Counted from the first letter of the whole stretch, positions 10,505 through 24,762 are shown. The stretch is 63,976 nt of DNA, filler included, from Olpidium bornovanus S191 (GCA_017911155.1; 27 parts of 27 records of this genome joined end to end with filler, not necessarily neighbours in it), one strand, 5' to 3'. Notes: generated by a model from the sequence alone, not told the origin. Program-made: numbers and translations.

Positions 10505-13158
10505 ATGCAGACCAGGTCTCAGACGAGGAGGCCGGAGCGCAGGAAGAAGGAGGGAACGCGCGGCGCGGGGGCGGGCCGCGGAGAAGCGAAGCGCGGGGCG
10601 GCGGCTGCCGCCGCCAGGGCGAGCAGGGCGGCGAAGGCGACCGCCGCCGCCGCCGGAAAACCGCGGCGGTCGCCGCGGAACAGCAGCGCGAACGCAGCGG
10701 AGCGGCGGAGGGCGCAGCCGGCGAGGACGGCGGCGCCCTGGAAAAAGAAGCGAGACAGGCCGGAGGAGAAGGCGGAGGAAACCGAGAACGCGGAAAACGC
10801 AGGCGGCGCGGCCGAACATGCCGGGAGTAGTTCGCCGGCGTCTGAGAATGCTCCACCGTCGAGGGTAAGGGGCGCGAGCGTTTCCCGTCAGGTGTTGGAA
10901 TGCGGCGCCAAGTGCGGCGCTCCTGTGAGTCGTTTTCGATTGACCATCGCCGGCCCGCCAGGCCCCGTCCGACGCGTCCTTGCAGGGGACAGAGCCTGCC
11001 AAACCAGCCGGAAGCCGCGTCTTGGCCTCAAAGCGGAAAGTTGCTGTTGCCGATAGCGGCGAAGAGGAGGAACCCGTGCAAGAAGAGAGGTTTGCCGGGG
11101 CGACCCCCACGGACTCTGCCAGAGTCAAAAACCAGTCCGCATCAGACAAGGATCACCGGCCGCCGCTCGTGAAGCGTCACTGCCCCTCTGGCAGCGCGCA
11201 ACGACCCGGCGTCCGGGATGAGGCGCCTGGCAGTAATTCGGATTCCGATTCCGACGTGGTCGCGCCCCCGGCAAGCCGGCGGCGCCACGCAACTGACCGC
11301 GGCCGGACGACGTCGCGACTCGTCCGCGTGGCGAGCAGCGACGAAGACGAACCGTCTGGAAGCGTGGAAGACGATCTGTCCCGGCAGCTCAGCGACGACG
11401 CGCGCCGCGAGCGGGAGGAAAAGGAGGCAAGGGAGATGGCGCGCATGCAAAAGATGCGGGAGGAACAGGAGGAACTCGAAGAGGAGTTTGGAGAGCTTGA
11501 CCAGACGGTCGTCAGGAGCCAGCGGACGCGCGAGAGGGGAAGCGTGTCGTCATACGGCAGGGCCTTAGAAGCACTCAAGCGTGGGTTCCTTCTGCCTTGT
11601 GAATCTGTTTTGCTGGTTCTTTTTAGAGTCGACTGCCTGACGCATGTTTCGTAGAACGGAAAAGCTCCCACCGAGAGTTCCACAGCGAACCTCAGGAGGA
11701 GTCTATATCTGAGCAGACCCCCGTCGACGATGAAGTCGAGGACGAAGGCGATGAGGACGGCGGAGAAAGTGTTGATGAGACGCTTTCCGAAAGCGGGGAC
11801 GAGAGCCAAACCGAAAAAGGCAACCTTCGGGACTTCATCGTTGAGGAAAACGAGGGAGAGCAACAGCCAGTAGAGTTACCCGGTGAGAAACCGACGCGGG
11901 AACAGCCCCCCGTGAATCAAAATTTGGCGATCTAGTTGTAAGCTTTGCCCAACTCATTTCTTGCTGCCTTTTTTCTAAAAGCTGAGTTTTCTCTCTCTTC
12001 AATGGACGTCGCCGTGGCATTTAAGACTCTAATTCGATGCTACATTCGCGGGGCGCTCGATCCCGGCTTCCTTCAACGGGTGTACGATGATCCCAGTGCG
12101 TCATTCTGTCGCTTTCCGTTTGTACGGTGGCGTTTGTTCGCTTCTGGCAGCTGGACCAAGCTTATTTCCTGGTTCACGATGGCAGACTCCGAGCTGAGAA
12201 CCGCCGTAAACGCCGTCGAGAGGCGGCTCCAAGGGTTCGAGGAAAGCTTGGTGGCGAGCTCTTTATGGAGTACTGAGTACAAAGTACGGCTTGTCGTCAT
12301 CAACGTAGCCGTTGAGTCTGTGCTGTGATCACGCGAATGACGGGGTGGAGAACGCGGTTATGCTGCGGTATTTACATTGCAATCCCAGATGGACCTGGAA
12401 CGGTTCCCTATGATTCGCGTGAAGCACGTGGACGCCCAAAGTGGCTGTGACGCCTGCAACCGGATGGACCGTATTGCCACACGCTGCCTCACTCTCACCG
12501 GGACGCCTTATAACCGGATTACCTTCCAGGTACATTTTTGCCTTGGGATTTCGCGGCTGAAGCTAGGATTCGAAGGCCGCTGTAATTCGTGTGGCGAATC
12601 CTCATTTTGGCTGACTAGCCATTTTCTCGGGTTGGAATTTTGCGATTTCTAGCCGATCCAAACAAGGTCGCACAAAGCGAAGTACCTTGTTGGTCGGTAC
12701 TGCTTGGCCCGGTCCAGGCTCTACCACGAGCTTCAGCACGTCCGGTTTCAGCTGTAATGCCCCCCGAAAATCGTCTTGGTGACTGCGGGATTGAAATTGG
12801 GTGTTTGATCTGGCGGCTTTTCGCCTGACGTATCCCCTGCGCGCCACAGGTTCGAGAGAGTTGAGGCCGAGGTCCAGTTGGTCCTAGAGCGAGAGGACCT
12901 GCCACAGGACACGGACGGCCAGGTGTCGTTAGACGACCTTATCGCGTCGCTAGAGAGTTCTGGCTTTGTGGACCAGGTGAGCGAACCTGCCGATGCTTTT
13001 TGACGAATTTATTAGAAGTTTTCGCCTTCCCGACTTATCATTTTTCTCATCGCGGTGTCTGTCCGATAATTAAGCTCTATGACAGCTACGAGCTCCTTTT
13101 CGACAAAGCGGGCAGGGGATATGCCCGCGCCGCGGAGGAGTGCGAGTTTGGAGACTAG
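10505..13158 (+). CDS. DUF4211/CCDC82-like protein, multi-exon
   Basis: Basic then acidic N-terminus, NLRDFIVEE, FKTLIRCYIRGALDPGF, LVASSLWSTEYK, LERFP, CDACNR, LTGTPYNRITFQ, VGRYCLARSRLYHELQHVRFQL. Final exon LYDSYELLFDKA...GD* ends at 13158. Confidence 0.8.
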
Positions 13159-15083
13159 GCTAGCGGATCTTGTATGCCCACTCCGTGATTCAGGTGTACG
13201 GCACAGCGAGATACTGTGCTTAGCGGTACACCTTTCCGGGCTCCTGCACGGGCCACGTGTCAGGACGGTGCTGCTGACCCGACTTCTGTTTCTGCCGTTG
13301 TTAGTTGGAACCACGAGGGTGTGTATTTCATAGCGGGCAGTATCCACGAGCGGTCCCGTTTGAGCAGTCCCGGAAACCTGCCAAAGCTGACACTGCGCAA
13401 ATTGCGCAGTTGCTCCGTCAATACGAGCGTCAGTTATGTCTGATGAGGCGGCAGGACCCCTCAAGAGTTTTTTGCCCAATAAAACTGGTTTTTTTTTTTT
13501 TATCGACGGACACGTGGGAAGCACTACCGTTGTCAGTGCCCACCATAGGGAGCTGGTTTGCTTGGCGACCAGGCTGTAGCCTCCCCCCCTTCCCCTTCCG
13601 CCTTCCCACCCCACCCGGCGGTTGTGCACCGTCGTGAAGTCCAGTAAACGGTGTGGTGCCTCGGTGCACGTGGTAGAAGGGGAGTACCTCCTGAGGTACC
13701 GCGCTCTCGTTTTAGTCCTTTTGGTTTGGTGTGTCCATGGAAGCCAGAAAAGCTCCCGGCCAAGCGGGAGTTTCTCCCGCGTCCTTTTGCGGGAACCGGC
13801 GTTAGCCTCCCTCTCCCCCCCACCGGGTGGCGGATTAGCCGTCATCGTCTCCCTCCGTCTTCGCACCCCGATCCTCCCACCCGCGTGTTCATCACATTCT
13901 CCAGAGTCAGCCGGAAAATTCGGTTGGAGATCCGCGGTGTAGTCCCTCAGGAGAGAATGAGGCTGACCAAGTGGCCCCGGGACTTCATCGACCGAATTGC
14001 GGCCAGGTCTGCTGGCCTGGCGTTCGCGGCGGAACCCCACCCCCAACCTTTGAACAGGCCCACAAGTCGTCTTTAAAGTATAGCGAACGGGTGCGGTGTC
14101 GCAGCCTTCATTTTTTTTTTCGACGAAAAGTTACGATATCAGGGCCCGCAGGCGCGCCGCCGCCGCCCCGCGCTCGGCGCCCGGATCCCCCCCAGCCCGC
14201 GGCAGATCTTTCTTCTCGAGCGCGAAAGTTCCTCCCGGATCCCCCCAGCATCCCCCAGCGATCGCGTACGTTTCCAAAAACCGAAAAAAAAAACCCCTGC
14301 AGATCACTTTCCAAATCCTTGACATGGTAATACCCTGCATCCGTCATCCTTTTTTTTCTTGCGATTATCATGATGAGGCAAGCAAAATTGCCGCGTAAAT
14401 GGGGTGCGAGCGGGCGATGGCCGGAAGCCGGGCACGCGAAAGGCAGTGGGTTACAAGTATGGAAGATCCGTCAAATAGGCGGAAGAAGAGTTTTACCAGA
14501 GCTAAGTAAAGGGGGAAAAAGGGTCAGGGCGACGGTAGGAGTGAAAAAAAGGTACGAGCAAAAAAGAATGCGGTACAGGCAAAATGCCGAACTTAGCCGG
14601 TTTGGCAGTAACAGAGACCGTTGCCGAGGGAGCACCACGTGGAGGGGTTCAGCAATCTCCCCCTTTTTTGGGAAAAAAAAACCCCCTCGCGGGGAAAAAA
14701 AAGGCCCCCCCCGGACGGGGGTGGAAAGAAAACGGGTTTGGTTTGTCAGCAACATTCCTGCCAGAGCGCGGGGGGCGAAAACCAAAAAGGCTGTCGGATT
14801 GTCGGGCGTGGGACCCTTCCCGGGAAACTCGAACGCTGAAGCAATTTCGAGAGGAACCTACCGCAGCCGGTATGGTGAAATTCGTCTCTGATACGACCTC
14901 GAGCGGGCGGGTCCCCCATAGAATCTCCCGGTGCGACTGTCCAACATGNNNNNNNNNNNNNNNNNNNNNNNNNNNNNNNNNNNNNNNNNNNNTTAATTAA
15001 TTAANNNNNNNNNNNNNNNNNNNNNNNNNNNNNNNNNNNNNNNNNNNNCATGCGTTTATCTCTACCCGAACCTGCCTTTTCGC

Positions 15084-15751
15084 TCACCCGAGATTAAGGA
15101 AAGTTACTCCAAAAAGAAACACCGCCGCACCAGCGAGGGTCTCTAGTCCTACGAAGAACAAGAAGAGCAGCGCCGCGAGTACGTCCAGCCAAGTGATGTG
15201 GGGCTTGCAAGATTTGGCCCTCCAACTGACGTAGGCGGGGAGGGCCAGGGCCAGCAGGAGGAAGTTCTGAAAAGCGGCAATGAAGGTCACGTTGAGGGCC
15301 TGGAAGGCTAAGGACGGCATCATTTCCCGCAAGGCCGCCCATCGGTAGTCCTCGGAACCGTACTTGTAGCCGCCTTTTCTGAATTATCCCGGTGTTGAGT
15401 GGACAACGGCGAAAACGCAGCACAGTTCAGGCTCAGTTCGACGCAGTCGCAAACGAAAAATAAGTTTCCCGTTCTCCAACGCCCAGTGCTTCAGTTCAAA
15501 GCGGGGTGGGCGGAAAGGGGGGAGGAATTGCAATCGTGAGAGCAGACGAAGCCGAAGGGGGGGAGGCCCAACGCGTACCTTGCGAAGTTGTACGTCAGCC
15601 GAGCGCCCCATATCGTCACCAGGACGGCCATGAGCAGGGTCCGGACGTCGAGGGCGTGGTGGTAGTCCCCGGAATTGAACGCGCCGAACAGGTCTCGGAG
15701 CGCGAAATGCCACGCGTACACGCACGGTAGTATCGACCACAACCGGTCAAC
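15084..15751 (-). CDS. DUF1295 (steroid 5-alpha-reductase-like) membrane protein, internal exons
   Basis: VDRLWSILPCVYAWHF, LVTIWGARLTYNFARK-GGY...EDYRWAALR, LNVTFIAAFQNFLLLALALP, WLDVLAALLF. Upstream exons probably extend towards ~16400. Confidence 0.88.
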
Positions 15752-16618
15752 CTGGGGGGGGGGGGGGGGGGGGGGAAAAAGGGGGGAGGGGGGGGGGCGG
15801 GGGCGGGGGGAGGGGGGGGGGGAGGGGGGGGGGGGGGGGGGTAAGCCCAAAAGCCGTTTAGGTGCGGCCCGCGTTACACCGCCTCCCGCAGGAAATACAG
15901 AACAAACAAAACCAAAGGCCGGCAGAGGAACCACTGTCCCCGGCCGCGCGGTTATGAGGGGCGTTTCGTGAACATTCGCGACAAAAAAAAAAACCAACTC
16001 CTCCTTCACCTCCCCTGCCCCCCCCCCTCCCTCCCTCCCTCCCCCACATCTCTCCATCTCCCGTTTCGGAGGGGAAAATTTTTTTATCTTTTCGTTCTTT
16101 TTCGCCGCCACGCACAAATCAACCCGCCTCACCGGATTTCGGTTTTGGGGAGTCGGTTGAAGGGGCGGGTCGGGTGACCCGGCTCAGCGCTCTCTCCATC
16201 CACCCATTTTTACTCCTCCCGCGTTCCCCCCGACCAACGTGATTTGCAAACTGCGCACGACCAAAGCGCCCCAGTGCCCTCCGTCAAGGCGGGATAATTT
16301 ATTTTTTTTTCTTCTTCTTGTTTGGGGTGGCTTCGAAAGGCACGGGAATAAAGAGAAGGAACAACAGAAGTCTAAAACAAAACGTGCAGAGTGATTGCTG
16401 GAATTCTTGTATATGGCTTGTTTTTGTGTTAGAAAGTGGATATTTTGCAGGTGAGGTGGGGGGGGGAAGGGGGGACCCGCCGCGGGCGGGCGGCCATATA
16501 TGTAACACACACAAGCACGCCCGCTGGGCAGGGTTGGATGCACGGGGTGATCATAGCGGCCGCAGCAAAAAAAAAACAAAAAAACGCGGCAGTGTAAAGA
16601 GCCTGGGGTGCAAAAAAC

Positions 16619-19538
16619 TCACGAGAAGCACGCCTGGACGCCGCCAGAAATGGGGCACAGAGCAGAAGTGCCGAAACGGCTGCCGTCGACTCCAAAGATC
16701 GTAAGCAGGGCGATGACGACACCGCCGACGCCCTCGCCGGCAATCAGGCCCGAAGCGAGGGCGACGGCGAGAGTTTTGTGAGACTCCGGACTCCGCCTTG
16801 CCCACGCCCTTGAGAAGACGGCGCCGAGAATCATGGCGAACGGGAACGAGCTTGTCGGGACGAGCAAGCCGATGGAAAGGGCATTGAAGTTGAGCACGTA
16901 GACCTTGTACTTGGCAGGAAGTCTGTGCTGCAGGATGACGCCGAACATGGCGACCGCCGAGAGGGCGACAGCGGCGACCCCGGAAGAGAACGGGATGGCG
17001 GGGTCCGGGCTCGTGAGGGCGTCAGCCAGCACCTTCCAGGCGAAGACGGACGGCATCGCGAATTGGCACTTGATGTCGTCGACCGAGGTGATGCACGGGT
17101 ACGCCTTTGCGAAAACGACGAAGAAGCCGACAGCACTGGCGGGCGGACAGCGGCTCAGGAAAAACCCCCGTTTAGGGAAAAACACGGCCACCGTCGCTGA
17201 AGCGAGATCGGACACCCACCTAAAAATGGAGATGAATGCGCCGGCGACTTGGCCGTAGAACTGGGCGCGCGGTGACGCTCCCAGAATATGGCCGGTTTTC
17301 AAATCGCCCACCATTTCCCTTTGAGCGCAATAACAAAAGATTAACAAAGCAGCGGAAGGTTCGCGAATCGGAAAGAACTTCCGGTTCACGTCGTTCCGGA
17401 CGTACACTGACTGGGACGCCGAGGCGGCGGACACCAGCCCGGCGGTAAGGTTTACTGTCTTGGCGGTCTTCGTGAAATCGCCCTCGGCGCTCGAGATACC
17501 ACCCATTACGAGCTGGGAGGCTTTCGCGCAACTAAAGCGGAACGGAAATCGCGTGGGCCGACCCGTTAGACACGGGTTTGCAGAAACGAGATGCGCGCAT
17601 CGAGGTACGTAAAAGGGGTACTTGCACAGTCATCGGGTTGATATCGGTAGTCGCGGAACACTGGAGCCCAACGAAGGCCAGCAGGAAACCTCAAAAACGC
17701 AAGGGTCGGCAAAACAGCTTACGAATCCGAGCGCCACCGCCCGAGCGTCATCCTACCTTGAGCGATCGACAGGAGAGACAGTTCGATTCTCACCCCAAAC
17801 TGGAAGTAGAGGACAAGGAGGGTGACCAGGACGGAAAAGGCGACACCGCCCATCCACCAATGCGAGGGAACTTGCTGGTCTTTCGGCGCATCAGGAACCG
17901 ACACGTCAATAACCACGACCTCCTCTTTCCGGTCGGTGCGCCGTCTGAGGAACAAGCTGATGCGCTCGAACAGAGCCTTGCCGTGTAACCCGACTTCGGT
18001 AAATGAAGCGATCAACATGACCATCACCGCCGGGAACAGAAGCCAGTACCGTGGAGTAGGCTGCGTTGTTAACCGGTAACCATTCAGCAAAGTGTACACG
18101 CCGCGCGTACAACGAAAGCAGGGAAACTCAAATGGTCGCGGTACCTCTTCGGCAAGCTTGCTCTTGGGGAAGCCGGTGAACGGCTCGACGCAGGCTCCAA
18201 TCGCGATCATCAAAGGACCCACTAGCCCGTAGCCGGCGACGTTTCCGACGAAATAGCTGAAGGAGGCGTTAATCCCGACCAAGATGCCGGCACCCACGAA
18301 CGCAAGCGTCCATTGAACCATGAAGCCCCACTCCGTCAGCCTGTTGCTCACGCCGGCCCAGTCGAGCCTGGAAAAACAAACGATTATTTTTCCATCCCGT
18401 CACGGACTGCACTCCGTAACGACGTCAGAACCGTTTTGCAGAAATCGTCTCTTACCAGGCAAAGATATTCCAGTCCCACAGGATGCTAGGAGAACGCGGC
18501 CCGAAAAGGTCAGGGCGCAGAATAAAAGGCCCTCACAACCATCGAGAGAGACCTCACAACCATCGAGAGAACGTTACATTTTTAGACCCCCCCCGGCGCA
18601 TAGCTGGCGACGACGCGGAAGACTGAAGCCGCAACGAACGACCAAATCATGCATTTGGCCTTGCGAGTGCCCGCCGCGGAACCCTGGCTGCCCTCGTGGA
18701 GGGCCTTAATGGTCTGGGCGCTCGCAAAAGGAGTCGGGAACATGAACTTTCAAAAACGGAGAATTTTAGAAGTCGAGTTTGACAAGGCAGTACCTAGCGT
18801 CCCGACCATATCACCAGGACGGAAGGAAACGACCACCCACCTTGTCTCCATGCCGGACGACAAAATACCGACGAAGGGGAATAGCAAAGAACAGTCCAAA
18901 GTAAGAGCCGCAGAATGTGACCGCCAGGAGGCGCGGAATGTCGTGGAGGACGTCGGAGCCCAGGAGTTCGAGCTTGTACATGGCAGGAATTGCGCTCTTG
19001 CGGGACCGTACAGCAGGTAAGCGGTCGGCAAGTCGAGGAAGCCCACAGATGTTCCGAGCCGCCACGGATCGGTCGGGGGAAAATCAAACCCTCACCGTGA
19101 AGATGACAGTGAGGCCACCGGCCGCGGTAGCAACCGTCTGGACGGTACAGTTCTCCTGTTCGCCGCAGAGACGTTGGCGTTTTGCATGCGTGCCGACATG
19201 GCGGCGGAACGCGCAAGCCGCCTGAATCCCACCACACCTTGGGACCAAACGGCGCTCCAGATACCGAAGACAGAGGCTTGAGGATGGCAAACCCCAAAAT
19301 GGAGCCGAACAGCTGGGCGCCGAACGAGAAACCCGTTTTGAAACCGAGGTACATATTCGAGGCCCCTATGACTGCGACCGCGCGGTTTGACGGCCACGAG
19401 CGACAGCATATTGATGGGGTAGAATTTAGACTATTAGCCAAGGCTTCGAGCGGAAAAGGAAGAAAAGAAAAGGAGGAAAGGACACCAGAGAAAAACCCAC
19501 CAAACCAAAAAAAAAACCCCGCAGTCCAAAACCCCTCC

Positions 19539-19571
<33 letters not shown>

Positions 19572-20061
19572 CCAAACCAAAAAAAGGAAAGAAAAAACCA
19601 CCAAACCAAAAAACAAACACAAAAATCAAAAAACCCGTAAAAAAAAAGGAAGAAAAAAAGAAGAAAAAACCACCAAAATCAAAAAAACCCCCCAAAAATA
19701 AAAACACCCAAAAAATAAAAAACCGAAAAAACGAACAACCAGCAAAATACAAAAAAGGGGGCATAAAGCAAAAAAAAAACGCCCGAAAAAAAACAAAACT
19801 AAAATTAAAAAGAAACCGACCCGTTCCTAGGGCAGCTCCGGTCAAGACGGCGCGGAGGGTGAACTGGGGCGCGCCGGCGAACGGGGATCCCGTGTCGTCG
19901 TAGGGGTCGACGGCAGCGAGGGCGGGGCCCGGCTCGGGCTTGACAACGGCGGAGTCGGGATCACGGGCAGCGGCGCCGCGGCTCGCGAGCTTGACGGCGT
20001 CGCGCGCTTGGAATCGGCGGGCGGGGCGCGCGCGGCCCTCCGGGTCGTCGTGGTGGTGCAT
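16619..20061 (-). CDS. OPT superfamily oligopeptide/YSL-like transporter, multi-exon
   Basis: QFTLRAVLTG, ASNMYLGFKTGFSFGAQLFGSILGF, ENCTVQTVATAAGGL, FGLFFAIPLRRYFV, MVGDLKTGHILGASPRAQFYGQ, ALASGLIAGEGVGGV. Start codon approximate. Confidence 0.92.
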
Positions 20062-20437
20062 TGTCTCCTCCTGCCGTCCGCCGGGCGGGTCTCCTCCCCG
20101 CGCAAACCGCGCGGCGCCCCGCGGACGATGGGGGGGGGGGGGGGGGGGGGGGGGGCGCGAACGGGTGCGAAGGCGCGGCTGGGACTGACCTGGCATGCCG
20201 ACGGTGGTGGAGCTTGGTTTGGGCGGCAAGGACGATACGCCGTTGCTACTGCGCCGGCTGTCCTGGAGGGCGCCTGGAGCACCCGACACGCCAGACGTGA
20301 CAATGCAANNNNNNNNNNNNNNNNNNNNNNNNNNNNNNNNNNNNNNNNNNNNTTAATTAATTAANNNNNNNNNNNNNNNNNNNNNNNNNNNNNNNNNNNN
20401 NNNNNNNNGCTGTGGCTGCTGATGCTGGTGGTGCCGT

Positions 20438-20475
20438 TTGTGTACGTGCTGGTGCGCGATCCTGGTGCGTTTTCT

Positions 20476-20506
<31 letters not shown>

Positions 20507-21001
20507 TATGACGAGCTCGAGATGGCGGGAGGCCAACTGGGCGTAGGCCAGCACGTGCATGGCGAGGTTTGCGCCGGCCCCGGCGAAAGACGACATGAGG
20601 CGACTCAATGGCATTGCTGGCCCCTCCCCATCCCCCGGTTGGCGCGACAGACATGGGACGCGACGGTGAAGCTGCTCTTGTTTTCCCGTCGGTCCCGCGC
20701 GGGGGCCGCGCGTCGCCCGCCGGGGCGGCACGCGGCGCACGCGGCGGCCCGCGATCTCGCGCGCGCGCACGCGCTCCCGCCCCCGCCCCCGCCCCGCGCC
20801 CCCGCACGAAACGTCCGGGCCCAATGCGCACGTAACGCAGCGTGCATGACGCGCCCTGCCGCCGCTCCTCCGCACCGCCGCCTCCGCCGGCACGCCCCCG
20901 CCGGCATGGCCGCCTGCTGCTGCTGCCGTCCCCTCCGCCGCCGCTGCCGCCGCCGCCACCGCCGTCCTTCCGCGCCGCAGGCAAACCCCCTTCGCCGACG
21001 C

Positions 21002-21057
<56 letters not shown>

Positions 21058-24000
21058 GGCCTGGCGCCTGCGCGCCGAGTTCCGCAGCTGCGCCGTCCTG
21101 CTTTTCGTCTGCCGCCTCAGGCCCGCGGGCGCCGTCAGGCTGCGATTCCACCACACGTCGTGCCTCGTGGGGAACTCTGTCGTGCTGCTGGGCGGCAGCG
21201 CGGTCGACGACGCCGGCGCCGTCCTCGGCGACACCCAGCAGCTGCTCATTTCCGAGGACGCCTCCGGCGTCTCGTCGGTCCGCTTTGCAGACGACGCCGT
21301 TGACGGGCCCCTGCTCGGCACGTTCGGCTTCCCCGTCACCTCCCACGCCGCCCTTCGCGTCGGCCGCAACAGCGTGCTCGTCTTCTTCGGCCTGCGCTCA
21401 ACGGCCCCGGTCGCGTTCCTCCCGGCTCCCGTCCAGGTCCTGTTTAACGCCGTCGCCGTGCTGCCGCTGCCCGCGGGCGCGAGAGGGAGCGTCGGGGCGG
21501 CGGAGAGCGCGCAGGCTCCCGCGAGTCAGCCGCTGCCGGGGCCGCGGGCGGCCGCGGCCCGTTTCGCAGAGGAGCGTCGCGCGGTGGGACCGACGGGCGA
21601 TGTCGACAGAACGGCCGGCGCCGTGGCCGCCACGACCGCGTTGGCCGCGCCTCGCACGATACTGTTGAACATCACGTCCTCGACCGCGGGCAGGACCCCC
21701 GCCCCTCGATACGCTCACTCCGCCGCGCTTGCTGTCGGCCAGCAGAAAGCGTTCATTTTCGGCGGGATCATCCAGGACCCGGCGTCCGCCGTGTTCCGGC
21801 AAAAGGTGACGAACGAACTCTGGGCGCTGGACCTGGCCCGGGCGTCGTGGACGCTTGTGCCCGAGTCCGCCTCCCAGCGTGCCGTGGCAGGGCACCGGTC
21901 TGCCATGGTCGGGGACTGGCTGGTGTCGTGCTTCGGCATGACGGAGTTGGGCGGCCGCGTCACCTCGGACTGCACGCTTTTCGACTCGCGCTCGGCCCGC
22001 TTCGCGACCGCGCAACTGCCCGCCGGCCAGCGGCGGCCGTTCCCGCGGACTTCGCCGTCCTTCGTGCTCCTGGGAAGAACCGTCGTGGTGTTCGGGGGCG
22101 GCGACTACACCGGCGCGGCCGGAGGCGGCCCGCGCTTCTTCGACGACCTGTGGCTGCTCGACGTTTCGGCCCTCCCGATGCTTTCGTGGTCCTGCCCCGT
22201 GGTCACCGTCCAGCAGGGCGGCCGTGCCCCGACCGCCCGGTCCGGCCACTCGGTGGTCGCCCTGGACGACACGGATCTCGTTCTCATCAGCGGCGGAGAT
22301 CGCCCCGACGCCCCCCGCCAGATGGACGACGACGTGTTCGTGTTCAGCCTGCAGTCCCTTTCGTGGCTGGACCCCAACTCGTTCAGCTCCGCCGCCGCCC
22401 GCTCAAACAACAACACAATGTCGATGACCGGCATGAGACCGCCCGGCGGCAGCGGGCGCGAATTCGGCAGGCCGAGTGCGGCGGGAAGCGGGACGAGAAA
22501 CAGTCTCCTCGTCGGCTCCCTCTTCGGCATAGCCGCGGCGATTCTGATCCCGGTGATCGGGATCGTGCTCATTCGACGCTACGGCTGCTGCGAAGTTTCC
22601 CCGCTCACGCAGCTCAGGCGCGTCTTCCGCGTGTCGCCGCTCGTTCGGCTGAGATCCCACACCAAACTGCGTCGCCACACCTACTCCGGAGGCCCGAAGA
22701 AGTCCTGGCTTTTTATCCCCCTCGACGGGCTCCGCTTCTCCGCCGGCTCTGTGGCGGGCGTCGGCGACGTCGCGGACGGCGGAACGCGCCGCCGCACGCA
22801 GCGTTCGACGGGCGGTTCGGAGCCCAAGTATCCGCCTCGGCCGACCCCGGCGAACGGCGGTCCTGCCGCGGCGACGCCCGCCCCGCCGTTTTCCGGCATC
22901 AAGGCCACGTCGATCCTTTCGTCGTTCTCGGAGTCGCCTCGAGAGGAGGTCTCGTCCCTCGCGTCGAGTCCCCAGAGGCTCCTGGTCAGTTTCGCCGATT
23001 CGGACAAGCTGGTCTGGTTCGAAGGTGGCGGGGATGACCGCGGCGGTGCTGGGAGCCACGTCGGCGACGGCGTTGGCGGAGGAGGGCCGACGTTCCTCCC
23101 CGACCCGCGCTGGAGGCGATCGTCGTCGTCGGCGCCCCTGTCGCCGACGCCGTCCGATTCCAGCCTGACCGTCTCGGAGCCCAGCGTGATGTCCGACGAG
23201 GACGAAGCCGAGGACGGCGGCAGCGGCCGTGTCTCGGCGAACACGTCGACCACGGGGCTCATCAAAGTGGAGATCCGGCGCTCCGCTTTGCAGACCACGC
23301 CTCCGCCGCCAGGTCCGCCGGGACGCGCTGCCCGCCGCCTCTCGCAGCTCGCGGGGTCGTCGTCCTTCCGTCCGCAAGCTCCGTCCGAAACGTTCGGAGC
23401 CGCCATCACGCTGTCGATGCACGGGCCGCCTGCGGCGGGGTTAGTGACGGCCGACGGCTCGACCACGACCGGGACGATCTCGCGGGTGGGCGACGCCGGG
23501 ATTCAGGCTTCAACCACGCGGGCGAGCGAGACGCAGCGGAATCGGGCACCCGAAGCCGTGCCGCTGCCGCCGCCGACGTTCGGGAGCGAACTCGCCGACA
23601 TTTCCGGCTCCCCTGTCCCTCGCGAAGATCCGCCGGGCGCACAGCAGCTGCCGCTGACTCGCGAAAAGGCGCTGCTGCCGCCGCCGCCGGCCGACCGGCG
23701 AGGAACGGCGGAGCACACCGGCGCCCGCGTGCGATCACCATCTTACTGCGACCAAGAGGAGGCGGAGGGCAGCGACGGCGACGCCTTCGCGAACAGCGGC
23801 GCGTCGATCCCGATCGTCATCGACGTCGTCGAGCCCAACCGGCAGATCGCCGTCCTGGCGCCGCCGCCGACCGTGTCCGTCATCAGGCGCCGGTGGAGCG
23901 CCAGCGACGCAGATCCCGGCGGCGCCGGCGCCGGCGCCGGCGCGCACGACTGGCTGAGGTCCGGATGGCGCGCCCGCCCGGTCTCCTCGGCGGCTTACGG

Positions 24001-24235
24001 CCCGCTGTCGTTTGCGGCGTCGCGCGCTTCGCGGACCTTGGCCGCGATGACCGCAGCAGCTGCTGCCGCCGGGGCCCGGTATGCTACGCCGCCGCCGCCC
24101 CCGCCGCCGCAGTCTCGCCACTTCCCCGCGCCGTCGTCGCCCTCCGTATCTCCAGGAAGCGGCGCAGCCGTGTTCCCCGAGATTTCACCGACGCCGCCCT
24201 CTTCGGTCTCGCCAGCGTCCTCACGGCGACCCTGA
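20438..24235 (+). CDS. Kelch-repeat type I membrane protein, apparently intronless
   Basis: At least five Kelch motifs (RFHHTSCLVGNSVVLLGG; PRYAHSA...FIFGG; GHRSAMVGDWLVSCFG; PRTSPSFVLLGRTVVVFGG; ARSGHSVV...LISGG), one TM segment (LVGSLFGIAAAILIPVIGIVLI) and a long Ser/Pro-rich tail. True start uncertain, possibly ~20845. Confidence 0.8.
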
Positions 24236-24530
24236 CTTCCTGCCTTCCCCAACGTTGCGCGCGCGGGCACCCCATTCTCTCCACGGTACCGCTTCGGATC
24301 GCATACGACGGATGGTGACGCCCGACGCGGTTCTCAAGCGCCGAAGACCGAAGGAGGTCGGCTGAGGGCGTGTCCTCTCTCGGGCGCGGTGATTCAGCAG
24401 TTAAAAAAATCGGGACGACACGTACACACGCCCTCAATTCGAGTCTACCGCTCGACAAGTTCTCGAGGGGTAATTTTTCTTGGCTGGGGTGTATCAGGTG
24501 GATCTTCCTCCTCCCCCCGGCCCCCGCCCC

Positions 24531-24570
<40 letters not shown>

Positions 24571-24720
24571 CGCCTCTCTGCCCAGGCCGCTCCCGGCANN
24601 NNNNNNNNNNNNNNNNNNNNNNNNNNNNNNNNNNNNNNNNNNTTAATTAATTAANNNNNNNNNNNNNNNNNNNNNNNNNNNNNNNNNNNNNNNNNNNNAA
24701 AAAAAAAGGGGCCCCCCCGC

Positions 24721-24762
<42 letters not shown>

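Noticed and set aside
13160-14948. Probable minus-strand spliced gene
   Set aside because: No consistent reading frame or recognisable motif could be established, so it is not reported as a feature.
19440-19820. Long A/C-only stretch, and the many poly-G/C/A/T runs elsewhere (e.g. 15755-15840, 26445-26530, 31973-32020, 41805-41915)
   Set aside because: They sit in introns or at contig ends next to homopolymers and look like base-calling or phasing artefacts. The poly-Pro/Gly/Phe/Lys 'proteins' they generate are not credible.
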